From: an uncultured Planctomycetota bacterium
GTDB taxonomy: Bacteria; Planctomycetota; PLA2; JAEUHO01
DNA: 64,000 nucleotides
Assembly (NCBI GenBank): GCA_963752285.1
Contig: CAVVXN010000001.1
Location: forward strand, 320,001 to 384,000
Direction: 5' to 3'
Shown: piece after piece, positions 1 through 9,843 of the stretch
Layout: each line of letters starts with the position of its first letter
How positions within the stretch are numbered: the first letter of the stretch is position 1
Translations under genes and position numbers: made by a program
The notes under the pieces: model-generated
Seen by the model: only the letters and a program-made list of their open reading frames with translations
Database searches by the model: none
What the model was told of the DNA's origin: nothing

Positions 1-41
1 GCGTCGAAGAAGACGATGCGCACGCCGGCGAGGGAGTCCAT
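1..41 (-). CDS. HAD-family hydrolase, N-terminal fragment (runs off the window edge)
   Basis: ATG at 41 reads MDSLAGVRIVFFD(A), resembling HAD motif I; TACACT -10-like box 6 nt upstream. Confidence 0.45.
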   Translation of the reverse strand, partial: MDSLAGVRIVFFD

Positions 42-112
42 GGCGAGAGTGTACGGGACGCCCACCGGGCCGCCGGCGGCCCCGGCCCCGTGGGGGAGTA
101 GACTGCCGCGCG

Positions 113-469
113 ATGCAGATCCGCGAAGAACGCCACGACGGCGTGGTCGTGCTGATCCCGTCCGGCGACATGGACTCGAGCGTGCTCCCGCTCTTCGAGG
201 GGCGCCTCGCGTCCCTGCTCGACGAGGGGGTGCGCGCCGTGCTCTGGGACCTGGGCGGGGTGGGGATCCTCCCCTCCTCGGGCGTCGGCTTCCTGCTGCA
301 GGCCGGCCGCCGTCTCAAGGAGGTCGGGGGCGCGATGGCGCTCGCGAACGCGGGGAAGCTCACCCGCGCGACGCTCGCGACCCTCGGCGTGCTCGACGTG
401 TTCCGACTCTACGACAGCCGCGACGCCGGCGTCGGCGCGCTGAAGAAGCGGATCGCGACCCGGTCCTGA
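113..469 (+). CDS. STAS-domain anti-sigma factor antagonist
   Basis: 118 aa; GDMD...VLWDLGGVGILPSSGVGFL matches the STAS D-L-x-x-V-x-x-x-x-S-S-G motif. Confidence 0.85.
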   Translation: MQIREERHDGVVVLIPSGDMDSSVLPLFEGRLASLLDEGVRAVLWDLGGVGILPSSGVGFLLQAGRRLKEVGGAMALANAGKLTRATLATLGVLDVFRLYDSRDAGVGALKKRIATRS

Positions 470-503
470 GCCGGTCCCCGCCTCGCGGCACCGGGAGACC
501 GGG

Positions 504-1280
504 TCAGCGCACGAGCGGGACCACGTGCAGGTCCCCGACCGGACCCGACGGCTCCTCCTCGTCCGGATCCGCGGCGCGCGGTCCATCGGCCCCGCGTTCC
601 TCGTCGCTCCCCTCGGCCACGTCCCCTTCGTCTCCTTCCTCGTCGTCCTCGTCGTCGTCGTCCTCGTCGTCCACGAGACCCTCGCCCTCGAAGGTCCAGA
701 TCTCGTCCGGGCTCGCGTCGTCCGGCACGTCGATCCCGAGCTCGCCGCCCAGGAGCCGCAGCGCGAGCCGTGTGCCGGGAAGCCGGTCCCACTCCACGCG
801 GCGGAGCGGGAGCTCGAGGAAGAGGTCGAGGTCCACCGCGAACAGGCCCGGCTCGAGCTCGTCGCCGCGTCGGTACCAGCCCGCGGGCACCTCCAGGCCC
901 GCGCGGAAGCGCGCGTGGGCCTCGAAGAGGCCGTCCTCGTCCGCGAGCGCCTGCTCGCCGGCGCGGTCCTCGAGGTGATGCCGGATCTCGTGCTCGAGGG
1001 TGGCCTCGAGCTCGGCCTCGACGTCGAAGTCGGGGTCCTCCGCCGCCAGCGCCGCGAAGGAGCCGTGGTAGAGGTGGACGACCGACCGGTTGGGGGTCTC
1101 CCCGGTCGGGTCGGACAGGTGCGACGTCTCGCACGCCCCGAGCGTGTACACGCCGGGTACGTGCGGGTGACCCTGGGCGTCCTCGTGGACGTCCACCGTG
1201 TCGATCCCCTCCAGGAACTCGGGGGGGAACGCGGCGGCGAGCTCCTGGGCGCGGGCGGCGAACGCGTCGAAGTCGAGCAT
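504..1280 (-). CDS. Zincin-like metallopeptidase family protein with acidic C-terminal tail
   Basis: TLEHEIRHHLE (HExxH) preceded by VHLYHGSF; D/E-rich tail; start placed at ATG 1280. Confidence 0.7.
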   Translation of the reverse strand: MLDFDAFAARAQELAAAFPPEFLEGIDTVDVHEDAQGHPHVPGVYTLGACETSHLSDPTGETPNRSVVHLYHGSFAALAAEDPDFDVEAELEATLEHEIRHHLEDRAGEQALADEDGLFEAHARFRAGLEVPAGWYRRGDELEPGLFAVDLDLFLELPLRRVEWDRLPGTRLALRLLGGELGIDVPDDASPDEIWTFEGEGLVDDEDDDDEDDEEGDEGDVAEGSDEERGADGPRAADPDEEEPSGPVGDLHVVPLVR

Positions 1281-1384
1281 GCCGCGGGAGGATACCTCGC
1301 CCCGGACGTTCGCCCCGGCGCCCGGCTTGCCGTTCGGGGCGCCCGTCCGCATCCTTCCCGGTCCGTCCGACCCGGGAGGCGCCC

Positions 1385-2569
1385 GTGATCCGCATCCTGC
1401 CCGCCCTGCTCCTCGGCGCCGCCGGCGTCGTCCTCCTCCTCGTGGGGCTGCCCGGGACCGGGGACGGCGGACCGCGCGCCGCCCCGACGACGACCGAGGT
1501 GTTCCCCACCACGCCGCCGGCCGACGGCGACCCGGGCGCTCCGAACCATCCGTACGTCTTCCGGCCGCCGTTCGAGGGGGAGCGCCACCTCGCGCGACTC
1601 CGGCAGCTCACGTTCGGCGGCGAGAACGCCGAGGCGTACTGGTCGTTCGGCGAGGACCGGTTGATCTTCCAGTCGCGGCGCGGCCGCCTCGCGGCCGACC
1701 AGATCTTCGTGATGGACGCGTGGGGGAAGAACGTGGAGATGGTGAGCACCGGGAAGGGGCGTACGACGTGCTCGTATTTCCTCCCGGGCGATCGTCGGAT
1801 CCTCTACGCCTCCACGCACCTCGCCGGCGCCGAGGCGCCGGCGATCCCCGAACACGACCCGCGCGTGTACGTCTGGCCGATCTTCTCGTCGTACGACGTC
1901 TTCGTGCGCGAGCTCGGCGCACCGCGCGACGAGCTCGTGAACCTCACGCACTCGCCCGGGTACGACGCCGAGGCGACGGTGTCGCCGAAGGGCGACCGCA
2001 TCGTGTTCACGTCCACGCGCGCAGGCGACATCGACCTGTACACGATGAAGATCGACGGGACGGACGTGCGCCGGCTCACGACGGCCCCGGGGTACGACGG
2101 GGGCGCGTACTACTCCTGGGACGGCAGGAAGATCGTGTGGCGCGCGCCGCGGCCCGAGGACGTGGACGTCTCCGAGACGAAGGCCCTCCTCGCCCGGCAG
2201 CTCGTGCGCCCGACGCGTCTCGAGATCTGGATCATGGACGCGGACGGGCGCAACAAGACGATGGTCACCGACAACGGCGCGGCGAACTTCGCCCCGTTCT
2301 GGTGCCCGGATGATCGGCACGTGATCTTCGCGTCGAACCAGGCCGACCCGAATCGGCGCAACTTCGAGCTCTACCTCGTGGACACCGTCACGAAGGACCA
2401 GGAGCGCGTCACGTTCTTCGCGCGGACCCGGCCGGGCGCACAAGGATCCGACGACTTCGACGGATTCCCGATGTTCACGCACGACGGGAAGCGACTCGTC
2501 TTCTGTTCGAACCGTTTCAACGACGCGCCGAACGAGACGAACGTGTTCGTCGCGGACTGGCGGGACTGA
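1385..2569 (+). CDS. TolB-like PD40 beta-propeller exported protein
   Basis: Signal-like N-terminus; repeats ENAEAYWS, YDAEATVSPKGDRIVFTS, YDGGAYYSWDG, NFAPFW, FDGFPMFTHDG. Confidence 0.85.
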   Translation: MIRILPALLLGAAGVVLLLVGLPGTGDGGPRAAPTTTEVFPTTPPADGDPGAPNHPYVFRPPFEGERHLARLRQLTFGGENAEAYWSFGEDRLIFQSRRGRLAADQIFVMDAWGKNVEMVSTGKGRTTCSYFLPGDRRILYASTHLAGAEAPAIPEHDPRVYVWPIFSSYDVFVRELGAPRDELVNLTHSPGYDAEATVSPKGDRIVFTSTRAGDIDLYTMKIDGTDVRRLTTAPGYDGGAYYSWDGRKIVWRAPRPEDVDVSETKALLARQLVRPTRLEIWIMDADGRNKTMVTDNGAANFAPFWCPDDRHVIFASNQADPNRRNFELYLVDTVTKDQERVTFFARTRPGAQGSDDFDGFPMFTHDGKRLVFCSNRFNDAPNETNVFVADWRD

Positions 2570-2622
2570 CCCGCGCGGGGTCGGGTCGGGCGGCGGAGGA
2601 CCGCGGCGGGTAGACTCCCGCC

Positions 2623-3708
2623 ATGAACACGCCGATCCAAGATTTCGGCCGTATCGTGCGGCAGGTCTTCCGCTTCGGTCGCGCGTTCTCGTACGGCGCG
2701 ATCGTCGTCATGGTCGTCCTCCTCGCGTTCCGCGTGGCGGACGTCTACGAGGCGCTCGCGCGCGTGGATCCGCTGCTGGGGGTGGCCTTCCTCCTCGCCC
2801 TGGGCCTCTTCCTGTCGTGGTTCGTGGGCCGGCCCGTGTACCGATTCCTGCGGCTGCCCCGCGTGATGCGTGTTCCCCGACTCCCCCCACGGGAGCGGCG
2901 GGAGCCGAGACACCTCGCGCGCCACTTGGCGTACGTCGAGCGTTACGTGCGCGCGCTCCCCTCGAACCCCGAGTGGAGCGGCGAGGTGGCCCAGGTCGAG
3001 GCGTGCGCCGGGCGCTGCCGCGCCCTCGCGGCGAGGGCCCTCGTCGCCGGCCCCGCGGACCTCGTGGCGCTCGAGGTCGAGGCCACCGAGATCGACCGGA
3101 AGCTGGTCGCTCCGCTCGTCGCGCCGCTGGACCGGCGCGTGAGCGACCTGATCCGCGCGGAGGCCTATCGCGTCGGACTGGCGACCGCGGTCTCGCCGTA
3201 CGGGACCCTGGACGCGTTCATCGTCCTGTGGCGGAACGCGAACCTCGTGTCGCGGATCGCCCACGTCTACTACGGCCGTCCCGGCCCGCGCGGGTCGCTC
3301 CGCGTGCTCCGCGACGTCTCGCTCGCGGCGATCGCCGGCGCCTACCTGCAGGACCTGGGCCACCTCGCCGGCGAGTTCGTCGGCGCGCTCGCGGGCAAGA
3401 CGGCGGGCTTCTTCGCCGGCCCGCTGATGGAGGGGTGTCTCAACGCGGTCGCGACGCTCCGCATCGGCTACCTCGCGAAGGCGCGGTGTCGCGCGTTCCA
3501 GGAGTGGAACGAGAAGACCGCCGCCGACGCGGCGCGGCAGGCGATGATCGAGGCCGGCCACCTGAGCGCCGGGGTCGTCACGGACCTCGTCCGCACGGTG
3601 GGGGGCGGCCTCCTCAAGATCCCCGCGCGCATCCTCGGCGGCGTTCTGGACCGCCTGACGGGACTCTTCCGGAAGCCGGCGGGCCCCGCGCCCGAGGCCG
3701 CCGGTTGA
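2623..3708 (+). CDS. YcjF/DUF697 family membrane protein
   Basis: Two N-terminal TM helices; TAVSPYGTLDAFIVLWRN...IAHVYYGRPG and EGCLNAVATLRIG are YcjF-like motifs. Confidence 0.75.
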   Translation: MNTPIQDFGRIVRQVFRFGRAFSYGAIVVMVVLLAFRVADVYEALARVDPLLGVAFLLALGLFLSWFVGRPVYRFLRLPRVMRVPRLPPRERREPRHLARHLAYVERYVRALPSNPEWSGEVAQVEACAGRCRALAARALVAGPADLVALEVEATEIDRKLVAPLVAPLDRRVSDLIRAEAYRVGLATAVSPYGTLDAFIVLWRNANLVSRIAHVYYGRPGPRGSLRVLRDVSLAAIAGAYLQDLGHLAGEFVGALAGKTAGFFAGPLMEGCLNAVATLRIGYLAKARCRAFQEWNEKTAADAARQAMIEAGHLSAGVVTDLVRTVGGGLLKIPARILGGVLDRLTGLFRKPAGPAPEAAG

Positions 3709-3823
3709 CCTCTTGGACGCGCGTCGCCGCCCGCAGGGGCGTGGCCCGCGAGGACCGTTCGATTGGTTGTCCGGCCCCGGGAGGCTAGGATTCGGGCGCC
3801 CGTGCGGCCCTGGGAGTCCGTCG

Positions 3824-4171
3824 ATGAACGACCCGGCGCCCCCGGCCGTCGATCTCGAGGTGCTCCGCGAGGCCACTGTCGGCGACCGGGACCTGATGCA
3901 GGAGCTGGCCGAGCTGTACCTGAGCGACACCGACCTGCAGCTGCGCGCGCTCGACGACGCGCTCTCGAACCGGGAGCACGACCGGATCCACCGGATCGCG
4001 CACGGGCTCGAGGACGCGAGCCTGGCCGTCGGCGCTTCGCCGGCCGCTGCGATCTTCGCCGAGATCGACGCGGCGGTGCGGGCCGGCGACCTCGACCTCG
4101 CGACCGCGGCGCGCGACCGCGCACGACAGGAGTTCGAGCGGGTCCGGCGATCGCTCGGGGACCTGCGTTGA
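3824..4171 (+). CDS. Hpt (histidine phosphotransfer) domain protein
   Basis: GDRDLMQELAELYL...RIAHGLEDASLAVGA Hpt pattern; ATG at 3824. Confidence 0.75.
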   Translation: MNDPAPPAVDLEVLREATVGDRDLMQELAELYLSDTDLQLRALDDALSNREHDRIHRIAHGLEDASLAVGASPAAAIFAEIDAAVRAGDLDLATAARDRARQEFERVRRSLGDLR

Positions 4172-5214
4172 CGCGTCCCGGAGACGGAACGCCTCCCTCG
4201 GCCACGCGACCCGAGGGCGTCCTCCTCGCCCAGCTCGGGACGCCGGACGCGCCGACGCCGTCGGCGCTCCGTCGCTACCTGGCCGAGTTCCTCTCCGACC
4301 GGCGCGTCGTGGACCTGAACCCGCTCCTCTGGTGGGTGATCCTGCACGGGATCGTGCTCCGCACACGCCCGCGCCGGGCGGCCGCGCTGTACCGGCACGT
4401 CTGGACTCCGGAGGGCTCGCCGCTCCTGACGACGTCGCGCGCCCAGCAGGCGGGCCTCGCCGAACGGCTGGGCGCGGGCGTCCGGGTGGAGCTCGGCATG
4501 GGCTACGGCGAGCCGTCGATCGGCGGGGCGATCGACCGCCTCGTCGAGGCGGGATGCACCTCGGTGCTCGTGCTGCCGATGTTCCCGCAGTACTCGAGCG
4601 CGACGACCGCGTCGGTCTTCGACGCCGTCGCTCGATGGGCGCGCGGGCGCCGCGCGGTCCCCGGCTTCACCTTCGTTCGCTCGTTTCCGGACGAGCCGGG
4701 GTTCGTCGCGAGCCTCGCGGCCGCGGCCCGGCGCGCGGGCGTCGCCGCTTCGCCGTCGTCCCCGTTGCTCGTCTCGTTTCACGGCCTCCCGCAGCGGTTC
4801 GTCCGGACCGGTGACCCGTACCCCGACGAGTGCCTCGCGACCGCACGCGCGCTTGCGTCGGCCCTCGACCTCCCCGACGACGCGTGGCGCGTCGTGTACC
4901 AGTCGAAGTTCGGGCGGGAGCCGTGGCTCGAGCCGTCGCTCGACGCGACGCTCGTCGCGCTCGCGGAAGGCGGGACGAGGTCGGTCTCGGTCGCGACGCC
5001 GTCGTTCGTCGCCGACTGCCTCGAGACGATCGACGAGGTGGGACGCGTGTCGCGCGGCGTGTTTCGTTCGGCGGGCGGCGAGACCTTCGTCCGCGTTCCG
5101 TGCCCGAACGCCGAGCCTTCCTTCCTGGATGCGCTCGCCTCCCTGCTCCGCCGCCACGCCGCGGAGGCGACGTTTCCCCATCTCGGCGACCCCCGAGCCG
5201 TCCGTCGGTCGTAG
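4168..5214 (+). CDS. hemH: Ferrochelatase
   Basis: GVLLAQLGTP, YLAEFLSDRRVV, LPMFPQYS, SFHGLP, YQSKFG, FVADCLETIDE; TTG start overlaps the Hpt stop. Confidence 0.93.
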   Translation: MTRPGDGTPPSATRPEGVLLAQLGTPDAPTPSALRRYLAEFLSDRRVVDLNPLLWWVILHGIVLRTRPRRAAALYRHVWTPEGSPLLTTSRAQQAGLAERLGAGVRVELGMGYGEPSIGGAIDRLVEAGCTSVLVLPMFPQYSSATTASVFDAVARWARGRRAVPGFTFVRSFPDEPGFVASLAAAARRAGVAASPSSPLLVSFHGLPQRFVRTGDPYPDECLATARALASALDLPDDAWRVVYQSKFGREPWLEPSLDATLVALAEGGTRSVSVATPSFVADCLETIDEVGRVSRGVFRSAGGETFVRVPCPNAEPSFLDALASLLRRHAAEATFPHLGDPRAVRRS

Positions 5215-5300
5215 GCTCGGGGACAGTCCGGGTCTCGGCCTCGTCGCCTCGGCCCCGTGGCGACCCGACCGCCGGGTCCCGCCGTCCGATGATTGGAGCC

Positions 5301-6503
5301 ATGCCGATGTCCACGAAGCGCTGCCCCTTCCTCCCGCTCCTCGCGCTCGCGATGCTCCCCCTCGTCGGCGCCGTCGCGCGCGCCGACGACCCGCCGGCGC
5401 CGCCGCCGGCCTCGCCCTCGGGCTCGCAGCCTCCGACGGCGCCGGACCCCGGCGCGCAACCGGATGAGACCCGGACCGCCGCGCCGGAGCTGCCCACGGG
5501 CAAGGAGCCGTACCTCGCGCCGGTGGACCGGACCGACCTCCTCCGCTACCTCGGGACGCTCCAGGAGCAGGTCGAGATGTTCCAGACCCCGCCGCCGCAG
5601 ACCGACGAGGTGACGGCGCTCCGCGACGCCTGGAAGGCCATCATGAAGCCGCGCGTGTTCCGCATGAACCGACGACTGGAGCGGTGGCGCGACCCCGAGC
5701 ACTGGGTCTGGGTCCAGAACGAGCCGACGCCGCGCGGCCTCAAGGCCGAAGAGTGGCCCGCGTTCGTCCACGACATGGCGGGGCTCGTCACCGAGCTCGA
5801 GGGCGCGTGGGAGCAGTACGGCGCCGTTCGGCTCGAGAAGAAGCCCGCCCTCCGAGGACCCGACCGGATCGCGTCGCCGATCCCGGCGTGGGTCGGGTAC
5901 CCGTACGCCCGCCTCTACGCGAGCGTCCTCGACCGGGAGTCGGCCGCGGGCGACCTCGGCCGCTGGAACCTGACGTCGTACTGGTCGCTCCTGAACCGCT
6001 TCGACCGCGCGTACTGGTGGACCCTGCACAACCGGCGGACCCTGTACGAGCAGCCGCTCACCCGCGGCGAGGCGACGCGCGTGCTCTTCCACCAGCTCTA
6101 CGGCGATCTGCTCGCGACGCGGGACGCCCTCCAGAGCCTGAAGCTCGGCGTGCAGGTCCTGGTGGCGGCGCTCCAGAACGTCGAGGAGACCTCGCTCGAG
6201 AGCCTGTGCCTCGCGTGCCACACCGACGACGAGACGCTCCGTCACATGGGCGAGACCGCGCTCGCCTCGATGCAGCAGCTCCGCCTGGAGGGCGAGCGCT
6301 TCCACGGGGACTCCCCCGCGGACTACGGCTCGATCCTCCGGCGGTGGCTCCGCGCCGACCGCGCCGCCCACTACGTGATGAAGGTCGCCCAGGAGCCGGA
6401 GGAGCCGTCCGCGGACGAGGAGGCGAGCGCGTCCTCCGGGGTCGGGACGCCGCCCCCGGCCGCGCCGCCGCCCGAGGCCGGCACGGGGCCCGCCGCCCGC
6501 TGA
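5301..6503 (+). CDS. Exported hypothetical protein with one CxxCH motif
   Basis: Signal peptide (FLPLLALAMLPLVGAVARA), Pro-rich linker, helical body, CLACH at 6207-6221. Confidence 0.6.
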   Translation: MPMSTKRCPFLPLLALAMLPLVGAVARADDPPAPPPASPSGSQPPTAPDPGAQPDETRTAAPELPTGKEPYLAPVDRTDLLRYLGTLQEQVEMFQTPPPQTDEVTALRDAWKAIMKPRVFRMNRRLERWRDPEHWVWVQNEPTPRGLKAEEWPAFVHDMAGLVTELEGAWEQYGAVRLEKKPALRGPDRIASPIPAWVGYPYARLYASVLDRESAAGDLGRWNLTSYWSLLNRFDRAYWWTLHNRRTLYEQPLTRGEATRVLFHQLYGDLLATRDALQSLKLGVQVLVAALQNVEETSLESLCLACHTDDETLRHMGETALASMQQLRLEGERFHGDSPADYGSILRRWLRADRAAHYVMKVAQEPEEPSADEEASASSGVGTPPPAAPPPEAGTGPAAR

Positions 6504-6547
6504 GCAGGCGACCCGCCCCGCGCGGGGCGCGCTGAGCACGGCGCTTC

Positions 6548-6573
6548 GGGGGCCCGAACCGGCTCGGGCCCCC
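6548..6573. terminator. GC hairpin between convergent genes
   Basis: gggggcccga / tcgggccccc 10-bp stem with 6-nt loop; no U tract. Confidence 0.35.
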
Positions 6574-6585
6574 CTCGTCGCCCCG

Positions 6586-8157
<1,572 letters not shown>

Positions 8158-8169
8158 GGGGGGTACCGC

Positions 8170-8451
8170 CTACTTCCGCTGGAACATCTGGAGCATGCGC
8201 CCGGTGACGAGGAAGCCGCCGACCACGTTGATCGTCGCGAAGACGACGGCGATCATCCCGAAGAGGCGCGCGAGGTGCTCGTCCCCCGTGCTGCCCGCGG
8301 CGATCAGGGCGCCGATGATCGTGATCCCGCTGATCGCGTTCGACCCCGACATCAGCGGGGTGTGCAGCGTCGGCGGCACCTTCGTGATGATCTCGAAGCC
8401 CACGAAGATCGCCAGGATGAAGATCGTGAGGAGTGAAACGAGATCGGCCAT
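8170..8451 (-). CDS. pntAB: NAD(P)+ transhydrogenase alpha subunit part 2 (membrane)
   Basis: KVPPTLHTPLMSGSNAISG, NVVGGFLVTGRMLQMF; ATG overlaps the alpha-1 stop. Confidence 0.93.
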   Translation of the reverse strand: MADLVSLLTIFILAIFVGFEIITKVPPTLHTPLMSGSNAISGITIIGALIAAGSTGDEHLARLFGMIAVVFATINVVGGFLVTGRMLQMFQRK

Positions 8452-9647
8452 CACGCCGGCCCTCCTTCCTTCTGCCCCAGCGCCTGCTGGATCGCGGGGT
8501 GGATCACCTCGCCGCCCTTGGTCATCCAGGTGCCCTGGATGATGTCGTCTTCCTGCTCGAGGTCGAACTTGGGCGGGTTCTCGCCCGGCTTCGCGCCTCG
8601 CTTCTCCTTCGTGAGCATGTTCACGAGGAAGTTGAACACGTTCTTCGAGTACATCTGCGAGGCGTGGAAGGGCAGGGTGGACGGGACGTTCGTCGGGCCG
8701 AGGATCGTCACGCCGTTCACGCGGACGACCTCGTCGGGCTTCGTGCCCTCGCAGTTCCCGCCGCGTTCCGCCGCGAGGTCCACGACGACCGCGCCGGGCG
8801 GCATCCCCCGGATCATCGCCTCCGTCAGGAGGATCGGGGCCTTCTTGCCCGGGACGGCCGCGGTCGTGATCACGACGTCGCTCTCGGCGACGACGCGCGT
8901 CATCATCTCGCGCTGCTTCTGGTAGAAGGCCTCGTCCATCTGACGCGCGTACCCGCCCGCGCCCTCAGCCGATCCGATCTCGAGCTCGACGAACTTGCCG
9001 CCGAGGCTCTGGACCTCCTCCTTCACGGCGGGTCGCACGTCGTACGCGCTCACGATCGCGCCGAGGCGCTTGGCCGTGGCGATCGCCTGCAGGCCCGCGA
9101 CGCCCGCGCCCACGACGAACACCCGCGCCGGCGCGACGGTGCCCGCGGCGGTCATGAACATCGGGAAGAACTTCGGCAGCCGCTCGGCGGCCCAGAGCAC
9201 CGCGCGGTACCCGGCGACGGTCGCCATCGACGAGAGGATGTCCATCGCCTGCGCGCGCGTCGTGCGCGGAATGAGCTCGAGGCCGAAGGCGTTGACGCCG
9301 GTCTTCGCGACCTCGGCGACGACGTCCGGACGGGAGAGCGGCTCCGCCGCGCCCACGAGGACCTGCCCCGTGCGGAAGAGGGGGAGGTCGGCCTTGCCCG
9401 CGTCGGGGTTCGCGCCGCAGCAGCGGACCTGGACCATGATGTCGGCCCGCTGGAAGACCTCCTCGCGCGTCTTCACGAGCTCGGCGCCCTTGGCCTGGTA
9501 GGCCGCGTCGAGGTATCCGGCCTCGACGCCGGCGCCCTGCTCCACGATCGTCTCGTAGCCCCTCTTCTTGAGGAGGGGCACGACGTCGGGGACGAGCGCG
9601 ACCCGGCGCTCGCCCGGGAAGGTCTCTTTGACGACACCGACGATCAT
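8451..9647 (-). CDS. pntAA: NAD(P)+ transhydrogenase alpha subunit part 1 (NAD-binding dI)
   Basis: KETFPGERRVA, RAQAMDILSS, GAGVAGLQAIATAKRLGA, DLAAERGGNCE. Confidence 0.95.
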   Translation of the reverse strand: MIVGVVKETFPGERRVALVPDVVPLLKKRGYETIVEQGAGVEAGYLDAAYQAKGAELVKTREEVFQRADIMVQVRCCGANPDAGKADLPLFRTGQVLVGAAEPLSRPDVVAEVAKTGVNAFGLELIPRTTRAQAMDILSSMATVAGYRAVLWAAERLPKFFPMFMTAAGTVAPARVFVVGAGVAGLQAIATAKRLGAIVSAYDVRPAVKEEVQSLGGKFVELEIGSAEGAGGYARQMDEAFYQKQREMMTRVVAESDVVITTAAVPGKKAPILLTEAMIRGMPPGAVVVDLAAERGGNCEGTKPDEVVRVNGVTILGPTNVPSTLPFHASQMYSKNVFNFLVNMLTKEKRGAKPGENPPKFDLEQEDDIIQGTWMTKGGEVIHPAIQQALGQKEGGPA

Positions 9648-9843
9648 GGGTGGCGATCTCCCGGATTCGTGGTCGGCGTGGACGGCGAAGGGGCGAGAGT
9701 AACGTCCCCGGCCGAGCCCCCAAGAAAGGCGCCCGGCGATCGGCCGTTCCGGGCGCTCCGGTGGGCGCGGACCGCGCGGGGCCCCGCGCGGGACCCCCCC
9801 CGGAGGCCTCCCCGGCCGGGGCTCCCTGGACCCTGCCCCGACC

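Noticed and set aside
600..672. tcg/gtc microsatellite
   Set aside because: Simply encodes the Asp/Glu-rich tail of the zincin-like protein
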